A stretch of DNA of 64,000 nucleotides from Prochlorococcus sp. AG-679-M23 (GCA_003208875.1 QCUR01000002.1:244401-308400), one strand, 5' to 3'; counted from the first letter of the stretch, positions 1 through 20,939 are shown. Numbers and translations: made by a program. Notes: generated by a model from the letters alone, not told the origin.

Positions 1-596
1 TTTGTGCCAAATGCTAATGCGCCAATTGCCTGTGCTCCACCAATTCTAAACACTTTATCAACTCCTGATAAGTAAGCAGCAGCTAAAACAGTTGTATTTA
101 TTTTCCCTTTTGTGTTTCCAGGAGAAACCATTGAAATTTCTTTAACTCCAGCTACTTTTGCAGGTATCGCATTCATTAAAACTGTACTTGGATATGCCGC
201 TCTCCCTCCAGGTATATATAAACCAGCATTTTTTACAGGCATCCATCTTCTTTGGACGGAGTCACCATATTCTCCCTTTAAAGTAAATGATTCAGGGATT
301 TCTTTTTCATGGAATTTTTTTATTCTTTGATAGGCAATTTCTAATGATTGTTTTAAATGCTGATCTGTCTCTTCCCAAGCAGTTTTTAAATCCCTAGTAC
401 TTACTTGCATTGGTTTAGGATGGAATCCATCAAATTTTTTTGTATATTTTTCTACAGCTATATCTCCATGAAATTTCACATCTTGAAGAATATCTTCAAC
501 AATTGAATTTATTTTTTTATTATCTCCAGAGGTTGTTCTTTGAGAAATTCTTCTCAACTCTTTGAGAGCTTTTTGTTTACTATTTATGATCTTCAT
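1..596 (-). CDS. hisD: Histidinol dehydrogenase, N-terminal part (continues beyond the window start)
   Basis: Manual translation from ATG at 596 (MKIINSKQKAL...) gives GLYIPGGRAAYPSTVLMNAIPAKVAG and VGGAQAIGALAFGT, both HisD motifs; not in the ORF track. Confidence 0.95.
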   Translation of the reverse strand, partial: MKIINSKQKALKELRRISQRTTSGDNKKINSIVEDILQDVKFHGDIAVEKYTKKFDGFHPKPMQVSTRDLKTAWEETDQHLKQSLEIAYQRIKKFHEKEIPESFTLKGEYGDSVQRRWMPVKNAGLYIPGGRAAYPSTVLMNAIPAKVAGVKEISMVSPGNTKGKINTTVLAAAYLSGVDKVFRIGGAQAIGALAFGT

Positions 597-716
597 ATTC
601 TTAATACTTAATTTAAATTCAATTAAGTAATTACGTAACTCACTGATTTGAATTATATAATATTGATTAGTAGTCTATCTATTTGATACAATAAATCTAT
701 ATTTAATCTTATTTCT

Positions 717-1010
717 GTGGCCAATAACAAATCAGCGAAAAAAAGAATTCAAGTTGCTGAAAGAAATCGTTTAGTGAATAAATCATATAAATCAACAGTA
801 AGAACGCTAACAAAAAAAACATTAGCTAACTGTGAGAAATATAAGCAAGAACCTAATTCTAATAACAAAGATATAGTTCTTGTTAGTGTAAATGAAGCCT
901 TCAGTCTTATCGATAAGGCAGTCAAAAAGAATGTTCTACATAAGAATAACGGTGCTAACAAAAAATCAAAAATCAATAAAATAGTTAAAGATTTTCTTAC
1001 AAGTAAGTAA
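717..1010 (+). CDS. rpsT: 30S ribosomal protein S20
   Basis: MANNKSAKKRI...IDKAVKKNVLHKNNGANKKS. Confidence 0.97.
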   Translation: MANNKSAKKRIQVAERNRLVNKSYKSTVRTLTKKTLANCEKYKQEPNSNNKDIVLVSVNEAFSLIDKAVKKNVLHKNNGANKKSKINKIVKDFLTSK

Positions 1011-1016
1011 GTAAAA

Positions 1017-1811
1017 ATGACCAATATTGAATTAATTGATTCTCATTGTCATTTGATATTTGAAAATTTTGAAGAGGATCTTGAAGAAGTTGTTTCAAGG
1101 TGGCGTTCAATAGGAGTAAAAAAATTGCTCCATGCATGTTGTGAATTATCAGAAATTCCTAAATTGAAAAATATATCTCGAAGATTTGATGAATTGTATT
1201 ACTCAGTTGGTTTACATCCACTTGAAGCTAACAAATGGGAATGTAATTCAAAAACTATAATGAAAAATGCAGCCCAAGGTGATTCAAGAGTTGTTGCTAT
1301 TGGTGAATTAGGGTTAGATTTTTTTAAAAGTGAAAATACAAATAAACAAATAGATGCTCTTGTTCCACAAATGCATTTAGCCTGCGAACTTGACTTGCCC
1401 GTCATTATCCATTGTAGAGAAGCTGCAAATGAGATGATAAAAATATGTCAGGATTTAACCCAACAAGGTATATGTCCTAAAGGAGTTCTGCATTGTTGGA
1501 GTGGCACTCCAGATGAGATGAAGCAATTTTTAGATCTAGGATTTTATATAAGTTTTAGTGGGATAGTTACATTCCCAAAAGCATACGAAATTCATGAATG
1601 CGCAAGAATTGTTCCAGGTGATAGATATTTAATAGAAACAGACGCTCCCTTTTTAGCCCCTGTCCCATATCGAGGGAAAAGAAATGAACCAGCTTTTGTA
1701 GAAAGCGTAGCTAAGTCTATAGCCAGTTTAAGATCTTCAGACTTGAAAAATATTGCAGATGAGTCTTCTAGGAATGCTGAAGATTTGTTTAAGTTTGACT
1801 TGATAAATTAA
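1017..1811 (+). CDS. tatD: TatD family hydrolase/DNase
   Basis: DSHCH, GLHP, AIGELGLD, IHCR and ETDAPFLAP motifs. Confidence 0.93.
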   Translation: MTNIELIDSHCHLIFENFEEDLEEVVSRWRSIGVKKLLHACCELSEIPKLKNISRRFDELYYSVGLHPLEANKWECNSKTIMKNAAQGDSRVVAIGELGLDFFKSENTNKQIDALVPQMHLACELDLPVIIHCREAANEMIKICQDLTQQGICPKGVLHCWSGTPDEMKQFLDLGFYISFSGIVTFPKAYEIHECARIVPGDRYLIETDAPFLAPVPYRGKRNEPAFVESVAKSIASLRSSDLKNIADESSRNAEDLFKFDLIN

Positions 1812-2049
1812 CACATAACCTGTTAATATTAAAAATTACTGGAATTTTTTCTTAATTATTAGTAAACAGCTGATTAAAGTATGGTTTTATCGCCTTTATC
1901 TTTGATCATTTCAGCTAATAATAATCTAGATATTTGTTGAATTCAAGACTAAAATCTCGATTTCACTTTAAAAGTCTTGATTATTTTTCTAAAAGTTAAG
2001 TCGATTTTATGGTAATTAGCAATTCTTACATAATGGCGGGTTTTCTTGG

Positions 2050-7286
<5,237 letters not shown>

Positions 7287-7301
7287 TCCTTAAAAAACTA
7301 A

Positions 7302-11420
<4,119 letters not shown>

Positions 11421-11466
11421 AGGCTATTCTTATTTTCAGTTACTAGAATGCTAATTTAAATTTTAA

Positions 11467-11622
<156 letters not shown>

Positions 11623-11631
11623 TCAATTTAG

Positions 11632-12699
<1,068 letters not shown>

Positions 12700-12769
12700 T
12701 CATATTTAAAAACTTTTTATTAAATTCAACTTAAACACGTTATTATTGATTTAATTCTTTTTTTTATTA

Positions 12770-12895
12770 TTGGGATTTATTAGAACTAAGCTTTTACCTT
12801 TTGCAATTGTTAGTTTATTCGGCGTTGCTTTTTTTGCTGTTAGTGCAAGGATTTGGCTACCAGGAGATATGATGTCACCTGCTCCGATTAATTAA
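12770..12895 (+). CDS. Small membrane protein, 41 aa
   Basis: TTG start; MGFIRTKLLPFAIVSLFGVAFFAVSARIWLPGDMMSPAPIN, one hydrophobic helix, GC-richer than the flanks. Confidence 0.65.
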   Translation: MGFIRTKLLPFAIVSLFGVAFFAVSARIWLPGDMMSPAPIN

Positions 12896-12908
12896 TCTTT
12901 ATTATTAT

Positions 12909-13685
12909 TTGATAATGACTAAAAGAAAGGATATACAAAATGAAAGTTTGGCAGAAATAGCAATAGATCCAGATGTTTTAGCTCAAGAATTATCTGTAGA
13001 GCTTGAAATTGATCCTTTAGAACAGATTGATCAAGATGGTTTCTCAAGAGGAAATTTAGATAAAAATTTAGAATGTGATGAAGCCTTAAAATTACTTAAG
13101 GGTGACAGAGAGCAAAGAATTCAAGGCTTGAGAATATTTTGTGAATATCGAGATAAAAGATCTTTCCCTCTTTTACTTCCTTTACTTGATCAACCTTGCC
13201 CAGTAGAAAGAATGAGTGCTGTATATGCATTAGGGAGGAATCCGTTCCCTAGCGCAGTAGAAAAATTAGTCAGTCTATTAGAAACAGACGACAATGCATA
13301 TGTAAGGAGAGCTACCGCTTGGAGTCTAGCTAATTATGATAATGAAATTGTTTTGAAGCCATTAATAAATTCATTAAAAAATGATGTGGCTTCAGTAAGA
13401 TTATGGTCATCTAGTTCTCTAGCGGAAATTGGAAGTACTTCATCCTTTAACGCTCAATTAGCGGCTGAACAATTATTAATTAGCTTGAAAATAGATAATG
13501 AACCCGTGGTAAGAAGCAATTGTATATGGTCTTTATGTAGATTGTTTGAAAAATTAAATGAAATATCGCAAGAAAGTTTCGTTGATGAATGTACCAAAAT
13601 TGCTCTTTTTGATAAAGAACCGTCAGTTATGGAAGAAGCCAAAACTGCTTTAGATTCAATGGGGATGAAAGGGTTTTATAAATAG
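12909..13685 (+). CDS. HEAT repeat (PBS lyase-like) protein
   Basis: Repeated VRxxAxxSL/AL helical units. Confidence 0.85.
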   Translation: MIMTKRKDIQNESLAEIAIDPDVLAQELSVELEIDPLEQIDQDGFSRGNLDKNLECDEALKLLKGDREQRIQGLRIFCEYRDKRSFPLLLPLLDQPCPVERMSAVYALGRNPFPSAVEKLVSLLETDDNAYVRRATAWSLANYDNEIVLKPLINSLKNDVASVRLWSSSSLAEIGSTSSFNAQLAAEQLLISLKIDNEPVVRSNCIWSLCRLFEKLNEISQESFVDECTKIALFDKEPSVMEEAKTALDSMGMKGFYK

Positions 13686-13795
13686 AGTTTTTATATTTAT
13701 TAAGTAATCAATATTAAAAAATATATTTTAATTAACTTGTACCAACTGAAACAATTATTTTTCGTTATCGTATATAAAGTATTAGTACTTAGTAC

Positions 13796-14020
13796 TTGAT
13801 TTTAATGCCCCAGAGAACATTAAGATTCAAAATTCATCAAGATGGAAGGGTTGAAGAAACCGTTGAAGGATTCAACGGTAATGCATGTAATAGTGCAACA
13901 AAAAATATTGAAGGTGCTCTTGGCGAAGTAAAAGTCAAGAATAAAACTTCAGAGGCGTTTATCTCTAACCAAAGCGAAAGTTCAAATCAAATTAACAACG
14001 AATCTAATGTCACATTTTAG
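13796..14020 (+). CDS. DUF2997 family protein
   Basis: FKIHQDGRVEETVEGFNGNAC...TKNIEGALG. Confidence 0.8.
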   Translation: MILMPQRTLRFKIHQDGRVEETVEGFNGNACNSATKNIEGALGEVKVKNKTSEAFISNQSESSNQINNESNVTF

Positions 14021-14399
14021 TACTATCAAGACTCAACTTAAGGAAGTAAAACCCCTGATTAAAGCTTTAGATCAACTCGGTTACGTAGTAAATCACGAAA
14101 AGAAGTTTGTCAAAGGCTACAGGGGACAATTTACAGCGGTTGATATAAGCATGGATTTGCCTAGTGAAACTAAAGTTGGATTCAAATGGGATAATAACTC
14201 TAACTCATATGAATTAGTTACTGATCTCGACCTTTGGAAGTTTGATTTACCGGTAGAAAGGTTTATTTCAAAAGTTACTCAAATGTATGCTTACCATACA
14301 ATTATTTCTAAAACAGAAGAGGACGGATACCAAATAGTTGAGCAAAAAAACAAAAATGATGGATCTATCGAATTGGTTCTCACTAAGTGGGAAAGTTAA
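14007..14399 (+). CDS. ycf35: DUF1257/Ycf35 family protein
   Basis: MSHFSTIKT N-terminus; YELVTDLDLW. Confidence 0.85.
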   Translation: MSHFSTIKTQLKEVKPLIKALDQLGYVVNHEKKFVKGYRGQFTAVDISMDLPSETKVGFKWDNNSNSYELVTDLDLWKFDLPVERFISKVTQMYAYHTIISKTEEDGYQIVEQKNKNDGSIELVLTKWES

Positions 14400-14402
14400 T
14401 AA

Positions 14403-14768
14403 TTGGATAGTAATTCTTTAAGTTCAATTGATAATTATTTTGAAACTAAAGAACTAACAGGTTATGAGCCTGTACTAGGAGGAGAATTAACTGAAAAAGC
14501 AGTTTGGGTTGATGAAAGTAGATGTATAGGTTGTAGATATTGTGCTCATGTAGCTACTAATACTTTTATAGTTGATGATGATTATGGACGTAGTAGAGCA
14601 ATAAGACAAGATGGAGATAATCTTGAAACGGTGCAAGAAGCTATTGATACTTGTCCAGTGGATTGTATTCATTGGGTTGAATTTGAAAACTTAGAAGATC
14701 TAGAAAGTAGTCTTGATAGGGATATGTTTCAATCTCTGGGCAAACTACCAAGAATGAATAAGCATTAA
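14403..14768 (+). CDS. Bacterial-type (3Fe-4S/4Fe-4S) ferredoxin
   Basis: CIGCRYC...TCPVDCIHW. Confidence 0.9.
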   Translation: MDSNSLSSIDNYFETKELTGYEPVLGGELTEKAVWVDESRCIGCRYCAHVATNTFIVDDDYGRSRAIRQDGDNLETVQEAIDTCPVDCIHWVEFENLEDLESSLDRDMFQSLGKLPRMNKH

Positions 14769-14774
14769 TTTCTA

Positions 14775-15974
14775 ATGGAGTTGCCTTGTCGCAGATTTGG
14801 TAGAACCAATCTAAATATGCCTGTTTTGTCCTTAGGAGGCATGAGATTCCAAAAAAGTTGGGATGAATTAAAATTTTCAGAGATTTCTCGAAAAGAACAG
14901 AATAAAGTTGAAAATATATTGAATCTTGCAAATAAATTTGGCTTTAATCACATAGAGACAGCTAAGTATTATGGGACTTCAGAAATACAGTTAGGTATGG
15001 GTTTCAAGAGTATTAAAAAAACACCAAAAATCATTCAAACAAAAATCCCTCCTAATCGTGATCCTAAATTATTCGAAGCAGAACTTTTGAAAAGCTTTGA
15101 AAAATTGCAAGTAAAGAAAATTGATTTATTAGCAATTCATGGCATCAATACTCCTGAGCATCTTCATCAATCTATAAAAGATGGAGGCTGTATTGATATT
15201 TTAAAAAAATTCCAAAAAGAAAATTCAATTGGATATATTGGATTTTCGACTCATGGAGAATTTTCTCTTATAGAAAAAGCGATATCTACAAATTTCTTTG
15301 ATTATATTAATTTGCACTGGTATTTCATCAATCAAACGAATTCCAAGTTAATTGAGTTGGCTCATAAATATGATCTTGGAGTTTTTATCATAAGTCCTAC
15401 TGATAAAGGTGGACATCTTCACACTCCATCAACAAAAATTTTGGAACTTTGTAGCCCTTTACACCCAATAGTATTTAACGATCTTTTTTGCTTAAGGAAC
15501 AAAAATGTTCATACAATTAGTGTCGGGATAGCGAAAGAGCAAGACTTTAATTTACATTTAGAAGCAGTTTCATTATTGCCAGAATCTGATCATTATATTC
15601 CTAAAATAGTAAATAGATTACAAGAGGAATCAATAAATTCGTTAGGTATAGAGTGGTATAAATGTTGGGATAAAAATTTACCAAATTGGAAAAATACACC
15701 AGGAGGAATAAATATTCCGGTTCTTCTCTGGCTCGCGAATTTAATAGATTCCTTTGATTTAGAAGAATTTGCAAAATCTAGATACCAATTACTTGGTAAT
15801 GGAAGTCATTGGTTTCCAGGCAATAATGCAAATTTGTTAGATACTGATGTATGCGAAAGTCAATTATTAAAAGTTTTAGAAAGGCATATAAAACCCAAAA
15901 AGGTTATAAAGAAATTAAGATTCCTAAGAGATAAGTTTGGAGACAAATCATTATCAAGATTATCAAAGAATTAA
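14775..15974 (+). CDS. Aldo/keto reductase family oxidoreductase
   Basis: RRFGRT...LSLGGMRF, IETAKYYG, GFSTHG. Confidence 0.88.
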   Translation: MELPCRRFGRTNLNMPVLSLGGMRFQKSWDELKFSEISRKEQNKVENILNLANKFGFNHIETAKYYGTSEIQLGMGFKSIKKTPKIIQTKIPPNRDPKLFEAELLKSFEKLQVKKIDLLAIHGINTPEHLHQSIKDGGCIDILKKFQKENSIGYIGFSTHGEFSLIEKAISTNFFDYINLHWYFINQTNSKLIELAHKYDLGVFIISPTDKGGHLHTPSTKILELCSPLHPIVFNDLFCLRNKNVHTISVGIAKEQDFNLHLEAVSLLPESDHYIPKIVNRLQEESINSLGIEWYKCWDKNLPNWKNTPGGINIPVLLWLANLIDSFDLEEFAKSRYQLLGNGSHWFPGNNANLLDTDVCESQLLKVLERHIKPKKVIKKLRFLRDKFGDKSLSRLSKN

Positions 15975-16690
15975 CCTTTGAGTGGATATTTTTCAGCCTT
16001 GCCAATACTTCTTGGATAAATATCAGGGCAAGGTGCTTTTGGCTCAATAAAAATAGCATTACGTATCCCTTTTTCTCTGGGAAGAAAATTACTTTTAATT
16101 TCTAAGATTTGTCCTTCTAATACGTTTAATATATTTTCTAAATTTTTATTATCTTCATTGGTCCACTTCCCACAATATAAAATACCTAATCCGTTTGATT
16201 TCAACATAGGTAATATATATTCAGAAACTGTTGAGGGATTACTAACTGCTCTTGCAGTCGCAATATTAAAGCCATTTTTAAATGAAGATTGACGGCCAAT
16301 GTTTTCAATACGATCATTAATTACAAAGATATCGTTTTTGAACTTAATACTTTTGATAATTTCTTTTAGTGAATCTGTTTTTTTTTTAGAGGAATCCACT
16401 AGATATATTTCTGAATTAGGATGTGTTATTGCATAGGCAAATCCTGGGAAACCACAACCTGATCCAATATCAATAAATTTTTTATTATCAAAATTTTTAT
16501 TTGTATTTTCTTTAAATGTCCAAAGGCTGTCATAGACTTGTGATATCCAGTAATCATCTCCTTCAATTAATCTAGTTAAGTTGGTTTTATAATTTAGTTC
16601 TTGGATTTTTATCTGTAATTCTCTAAACATTATTATTTCCTCTTCAGTTAATAAATTTAGAAGTTCATTAGGGATACTTTCTTTTGTCAT
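15971..16690 (-). CDS. rsmG: 16S rRNA m7G527 methyltransferase (GidB)
   Basis: NLTR, DIGSGCGFPG, TARAV. Confidence 0.94.
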   Translation of the reverse strand: MTKESIPNELLNLLTEEEIIMFRELQIKIQELNYKTNLTRLIEGDDYWISQVYDSLWTFKENTNKNFDNKKFIDIGSGCGFPGFAYAITHPNSEIYLVDSSKKKTDSLKEIIKSIKFKNDIFVINDRIENIGRQSSFKNGFNIATARAVSNPSTVSEYILPMLKSNGLGILYCGKWTNEDNKNLENILNVLEGQILEIKSNFLPREKGIRNAIFIEPKAPCPDIYPRSIGKAEKYPLKG

Positions 16691-16780
16691 TGAGTTTTAA
16701 GTAGTTTCTTATTCTTGATAATTAAAAATATTCAATTTTATTAAAAATGACTAGAATATTTTTAATGATAATTAAATTTT

Positions 16781-17227
16781 TTGAAAGGCGAGATAACTTA
16801 TTATAAAATTTTAGGCGTTAATAAAAATGCCTCAAATAACGAATTAAGAAAAGCTTTTTGTAAACTCTCGATAGAATTACATCCTGATACGACTTCCTTA
16901 GAATTAGAAGATGCAAAAAATAAATTTCAAAAAGTATTAGAGGCCTATGAAAATTTAAATAATTCTAATTTGAGGAAAATTTATGATGAAAAATTACAAG
17001 TAAATTCGAAAAAACCAAATAAAACAAATTTAAATGTCTTGAATCCTTTAGTAATGGATGCTAATAATCAGCCGTTAGTAGGTAATAGGAGACCATTTTC
17101 AAATGGAGAAATGTTCTCATTATTTTTGTTGATTATTATTATTTTGATAAGTTTATTTTTAGCTATCTTAATCGCTTCTTTTGCTGGCAAAGAAATACAG
17201 TCAATTCCAACTTGGCTTTTGAGATAA
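16781..17227 (+). CDS. J-domain (DnaJ-like) membrane protein
   Basis: YYKILGV...LHPD J-domain and a C-terminal TM helix. Confidence 0.88.
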   Translation: MKGEITYYKILGVNKNASNNELRKAFCKLSIELHPDTTSLELEDAKNKFQKVLEAYENLNNSNLRKIYDEKLQVNSKKPNKTNLNVLNPLVMDANNQPLVGNRRPFSNGEMFSLFLLIIIILISLFLAILIASFAGKEIQSIPTWLLR

Positions 17228-17244
17228 TAATTTAAAGAAATTCT

Positions 17245-17502
17245 GTGATCCCATCTGACACCCCAATTAATCAACATTCACTTCAATCATTAGAATTATG
17301 GTTAAAAGATTTAGGTGCAACTAAAGATATTGATAATCCGTCTAAATGGTATTTGTTACTTTCTAATTGGAATGCAACTATTAGTTTTGAACAAGAAGAT
17401 TTAAGTGTTGTCTGGGAGAGTGGAGGTAAATTAACTAAAAGACTATTTTCTTATTGTATTAATAGAGAAGATATAGAAAATGCTATTTTACAGGGGCCTT
17501 AA
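17245..17502 (+). CDS. DUF3143-like conserved cyanobacterial protein
   Basis: PINQHSLQSLELWL...REDIENAILQGP. Confidence 0.7.
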   Translation: MIPSDTPINQHSLQSLELWLKDLGATKDIDNPSKWYLLLSNWNATISFEQEDLSVVWESGGKLTKRLFSYCINREDIENAILQGP

Positions 17503-17510
17503 TGTTGTTT

Positions 17511-18812
17511 TTAAAGATCGCTTAAAATTTCAAAAATAATTCTGTAACTTTTTTCTAACTGTTTGTCTGTAATACAAAGAGGGGGTAATAGATAGATAAC
17601 ATTACCAAGTGGCCTAATAAATAAACCTTTTTTAATTGATAATGCTTTTATCCTTTTGCCAACATTGTTTAGATAACCTTCATTTTTACCTATTTCAATA
17701 TCAAATGCGGCGATAGTTCCTGTGACTCTTATGTTTTTTACAAATGGTATTTTTTTAATTTTCTTTAGATGGGAAAGGTGCTTTTTTTCAAAAGAAAGAT
17801 ACTTTATTGGATCTTTTTCTAATAAGTCAAGGCTCGCATTAGCTGCAGCACACCCTAAAGGGTTTGCAGTGAAGCTATGACCATGCCAAAAAGTTTTTTT
17901 AGGAGAATCGCTAATAAAAGATTGGAAAATTGTCTCTTTAGCTAATGTGATTCCCATAGGTAAGAATCCTCCAGTTAAACCCTTTGAAATAGAAATTAGA
18001 TCAGGAATTATATTTGCCTTTTGAAATGCAAAGAGACTTCCACATCGCCCAAATCCAGTTAATACTTCATCAGCTATTAATAAAGAATTATTATTTTTTA
18101 CTACTTCTGAAACTTGTCTGATAAATTCAGGCCTAACCATATTCATTCCTCCCGCACCCTGTACTAATGGTTCAAGAATGACAGCTACAGTGGGCTTTTT
18201 AAGAAGTTTAGTTAATATTTGAATCGCGTTATTCTCTTTTATTTCAACCTCTTCATCATTTATCCAAGTAGAAGGCCATGGGGCCCTTTTAACAGGGAAC
18301 ATTAGATTATCAAAATTCTCATTAAAAATATTTCGTTCCCCTAAAGCCATTGCTCCAAATGTATCACCATGATAGGCACCATCAAAAGCAATTATTTGAT
18401 TTCTTGTTTCACCTTGATTTTGCCAAGATTGATAGGCAATTTTTAAAGCTACTTCTACAGCGGTAGATCCATTATCAGAAAAAAATAGTCTTTCTAATTT
18501 TGTTAAGCCACTGAGTCTCTCTGATAATATTTGAGCCTGTGGATGTAAGAAGTCGGCGAATATAATTTGCTCTAGAGTCTTGGCTTGTTGATAAATGGCA
18601 TCTGCTATGTAATCGTTACTATGACCATGTAGAGTAACCCACCAACTACTTATTCCATCAATGAGTTCTTGTTTTGGATTTTTAGTATAAATTAAAGCAT
18701 TTTTTCCATGAGTAACTTCTAATTGAGGCTTGCTATTTATAATCTGCGTAAAAGGAGGCCATATATTAGGATGCCAATCTTGATTGGGATTTTTTAAAAC
18801 TGGAGATTTCAT
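17511..18812 (-). CDS. bioA: Adenosylmethionine-8-amino-7-oxononanoate aminotransferase
   Basis: IWPPFTQ, SSWW, GSTAVEVALK, DEVLTGFGR, SKGLTGG; position in bio operon. Confidence 0.96.
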   Translation of the reverse strand: MKSPVLKNPNQDWHPNIWPPFTQIINSKPQLEVTHGKNALIYTKNPKQELIDGISSWWVTLHGHSNDYIADAIYQQAKTLEQIIFADFLHPQAQILSERLSGLTKLERLFFSDNGSTAVEVALKIAYQSWQNQGETRNQIIAFDGAYHGDTFGAMALGERNIFNENFDNLMFPVKRAPWPSTWINDEEVEIKENNAIQILTKLLKKPTVAVILEPLVQGAGGMNMVRPEFIRQVSEVVKNNNSLLIADEVLTGFGRCGSLFAFQKANIIPDLISISKGLTGGFLPMGITLAKETIFQSFISDSPKKTFWHGHSFTANPLGCAAANASLDLLEKDPIKYLSFEKKHLSHLKKIKKIPFVKNIRVTGTIAAFDIEIGKNEGYLNNVGKRIKALSIKKGLFIRPLGNVIYLLPPLCITDKQLEKSYRIIFEILSDL

Positions 18813-18815
18813 TTA

Positions 18816-19478
18816 TTATTTTTTTTGATTTAATAAGGTGATCAATTTATTTTTAATATTGAGCTCTTCCCAAAGTATATCTAAATTATTAGAGTCTATT
18901 TTCTGGATATATGGAAATTCAGCAATAATAGGAAGACTACTAAATTCAGTTAATGTTTTTGGATTATCTAAGTGTTTTTTCCCGTTTATAACTAGACCTA
19001 GAATTTTAATATTTCTTTTTCTTAATGCCTCAATACTAAGAAGAGTGTGATTAAGAGTCCCAAGGCCGCTCTTGCATACAAGTATTACAGGGATATCCCA
19101 TTTCTTGATTTGATCTATTTGCAAATAATTTCTTGTAATTGGGACCATTAAGCCCCCCGCTGTTTCTACAATTAATGATCCATCAATAGTTGGTAAATTT
19201 AATAGCTGAAAGTTTATAACTTTTTGATCTATTTCTGACGCCCAATGAGGAGAAACAGGTTCTCTAAAGATATAAGCCTCACTGATTATTTTCGCTTTGT
19301 TCACTTTTGCAAGTCGTGCAACAGCTTGACTATCAGTCTCAGACTCAATGCCACTTTGAATAGGCTTCCAGTAAAAAGAATTTAATCCTCTTACAAAAAA
19401 AGAACTAATTAATGTCTTTCCGATATCAGTATCTGTCCCACAAATAACAAATTGGGATTTATTCTTTATAGCGCTCAT
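18816..19478 (-). CDS. bioD: Dethiobiotin synthase
   Basis: GTDTDIGKT, WKPIQSG, ETAGG, LGTLNHT. Confidence 0.96.
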   Translation of the reverse strand: MSAIKNKSQFVICGTDTDIGKTLISSFFVRGLNSFYWKPIQSGIESETDSQAVARLAKVNKAKIISEAYIFREPVSPHWASEIDQKVINFQLLNLPTIDGSLIVETAGGLMVPITRNYLQIDQIKKWDIPVILVCKSGLGTLNHTLLSIEALRKRNIKILGLVINGKKHLDNPKTLTEFSSLPIIAEFPYIQKIDSNNLDILWEELNIKNKLITLLNQKK

Positions 19479-20233
19479 GATTTTTTTAATATTTCAATAT
19501 TAATTTCCCATGTAAGGTTAACTGAATTAGTTGCCGTCTTAGGCCAAAACTTTTGTATTGCTTTTAATTCACATACTTTTTTACGTTTACACTTGGTTGA
19601 TTGAGCTCCCACGTTTACTATGCTTCTGAAAAGTTTATAAACATCTGGAAAGTTTTCTATATATAAGTATTTATTTGAGAAGAATATTTCGTCAGAGTTG
19701 AAACTTTTGACTATATTTTTTGAAACAGGGAAAGTTAGGCCACTATATTCAATATTAGTTTCTAAGCAAGTTTGCTTCCATTCCGGGAATGAATTTATTG
19801 TGGGATATGAAATTATTAAATAACCACCAGATCTTAATTTGTTAAACCAATCTCTTATTATTTTTTCGGGATTGTCTAACCAGTGTATACAAAAGTTAGA
19901 TGTCATTAGAGGACAGTTTCTAATTGATGGAGGTAAACCATTATTTAAATCCCATAAAATCTTTTTACTAGAGCCCTTATTTTGAAGAAGCATTTTTTTG
20001 CTGAAATCAATTCGGCTAATATTTTTTGTAGAAAATTCTTTTTCTATTTCATCAGCTAATAAGCCAGTTCCTGAACCAAGATCTATCCATTCACCTTTTT
20101 GAATATTTAGATCTTTTAAGAAATAAACAATTTTATCAGCAAAATGCTTTTGAATATTTGAATAACTTAAATAATTTGCTGATGCATTATTAAAGTTATT
20201 TTTAATTGTTTCATTCCAGATTTCATTTTTCAT
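19475..20233 (-). CDS. bioC: Malonyl-ACP O-methyltransferase (BioC-like)
   Basis: SAM motif DLGSGTG; position in bio operon. Confidence 0.82.
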   Translation of the reverse strand: MKNEIWNETIKNNFNNASANYLSYSNIQKHFADKIVYFLKDLNIQKGEWIDLGSGTGLLADEIEKEFSTKNISRIDFSKKMLLQNKGSSKKILWDLNNGLPPSIRNCPLMTSNFCIHWLDNPEKIIRDWFNKLRSGGYLIISYPTINSFPEWKQTCLETNIEYSGLTFPVSKNIVKSFNSDEIFFSNKYLYIENFPDVYKLFRSIVNVGAQSTKCKRKKVCELKAIQKFWPKTATNSVNLTWEINIEILKKS

Positions 20234-20939
20234 ATTTATTATCCAGAGTTCTTTTGATGATTTGGTAAAAATTTAAATTAGTTAGACAATGCCCTTGATT
20301 ATCTAATTCAATTAAAGTTGGCTTTTTAGTAAATGTTTTTTTTAATAATTCAATAAAGTCATCACTTGAATTTTGGTCAAGAATTAAATCGTTTTTAGAA
20401 TTTATAATGATGACATTGCAATTTTTCTCAATAGACTTTAAAGAATTTTTATCTGCATAAAGTTTTTTAAGGTCACTTAATAGAAGATTATTATTTAAAT
20501 TCTCTAAGTTTTTATAAAACATAGTTTGGAAATTAATGCTCATATTATTGGGCAAAAAAGATCTATGTATAAATTCTTTTAACATAACCTCTGTTTCAAA
20601 TAACATTATTTTTTTTTCCATTCTCTTAAGAGATCTGTAAATTAAATTTCTTTTTTTGCTTGAAGGAAGAAAGTTATTAAACGAATTTATAAAGACAATA
20701 TGGGATGCTTCATCTAAAAGATTTTCTTGAATTAAATGGAAACCTAAAGAATGACATAAAATCATCTTGATTTGATCGTTCAAATTGTTTTGTATCCATT
20801 TTGCTTGATTGACATTTTTTGAAAAATATCCTCTTTCATTATCTTGCCAATGCCATCCATTTCTTTGAAATTCAATTTTATAATTATCCCAGAAACTTTG
20901 ATCTAACCCCCAACCATGCTGAGTAATAACTTGTTTCAT
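20223..20939 (-). CDS. bioK: Alpha/beta hydrolase, probable pimeloyl-ACP methyl ester esterase (BioK type)
   Basis: HGWG, CHSLG nucleophile elbow, C-terminal GH; lies between bioF and bioC. Confidence 0.72.
   Translation of the reverse strand: MKQVITQHGWGLDQSFWDNYKIEFQRNGWHWQDNERGYFSKNVNQAKWIQNNLNDQIKMILCHSLGFHLIQENLLDEASHIVFINSFNNFLPSSKKRNLIYRSLKRMEKKIMLFETEVMLKEFIHRSFLPNNMSINFQTMFYKNLENLNNNLLLSDLKKLYADKNSLKSIEKNCNVIIINSKNDLILDQNSSDDFIELLKKTFTKKPTLIELDNQGHCLTNLNFYQIIKRTLDNKYEK

Noticed and set aside
112..330. 72-aa plus-strand ORF
   Set aside because: Antisense shadow of hisD
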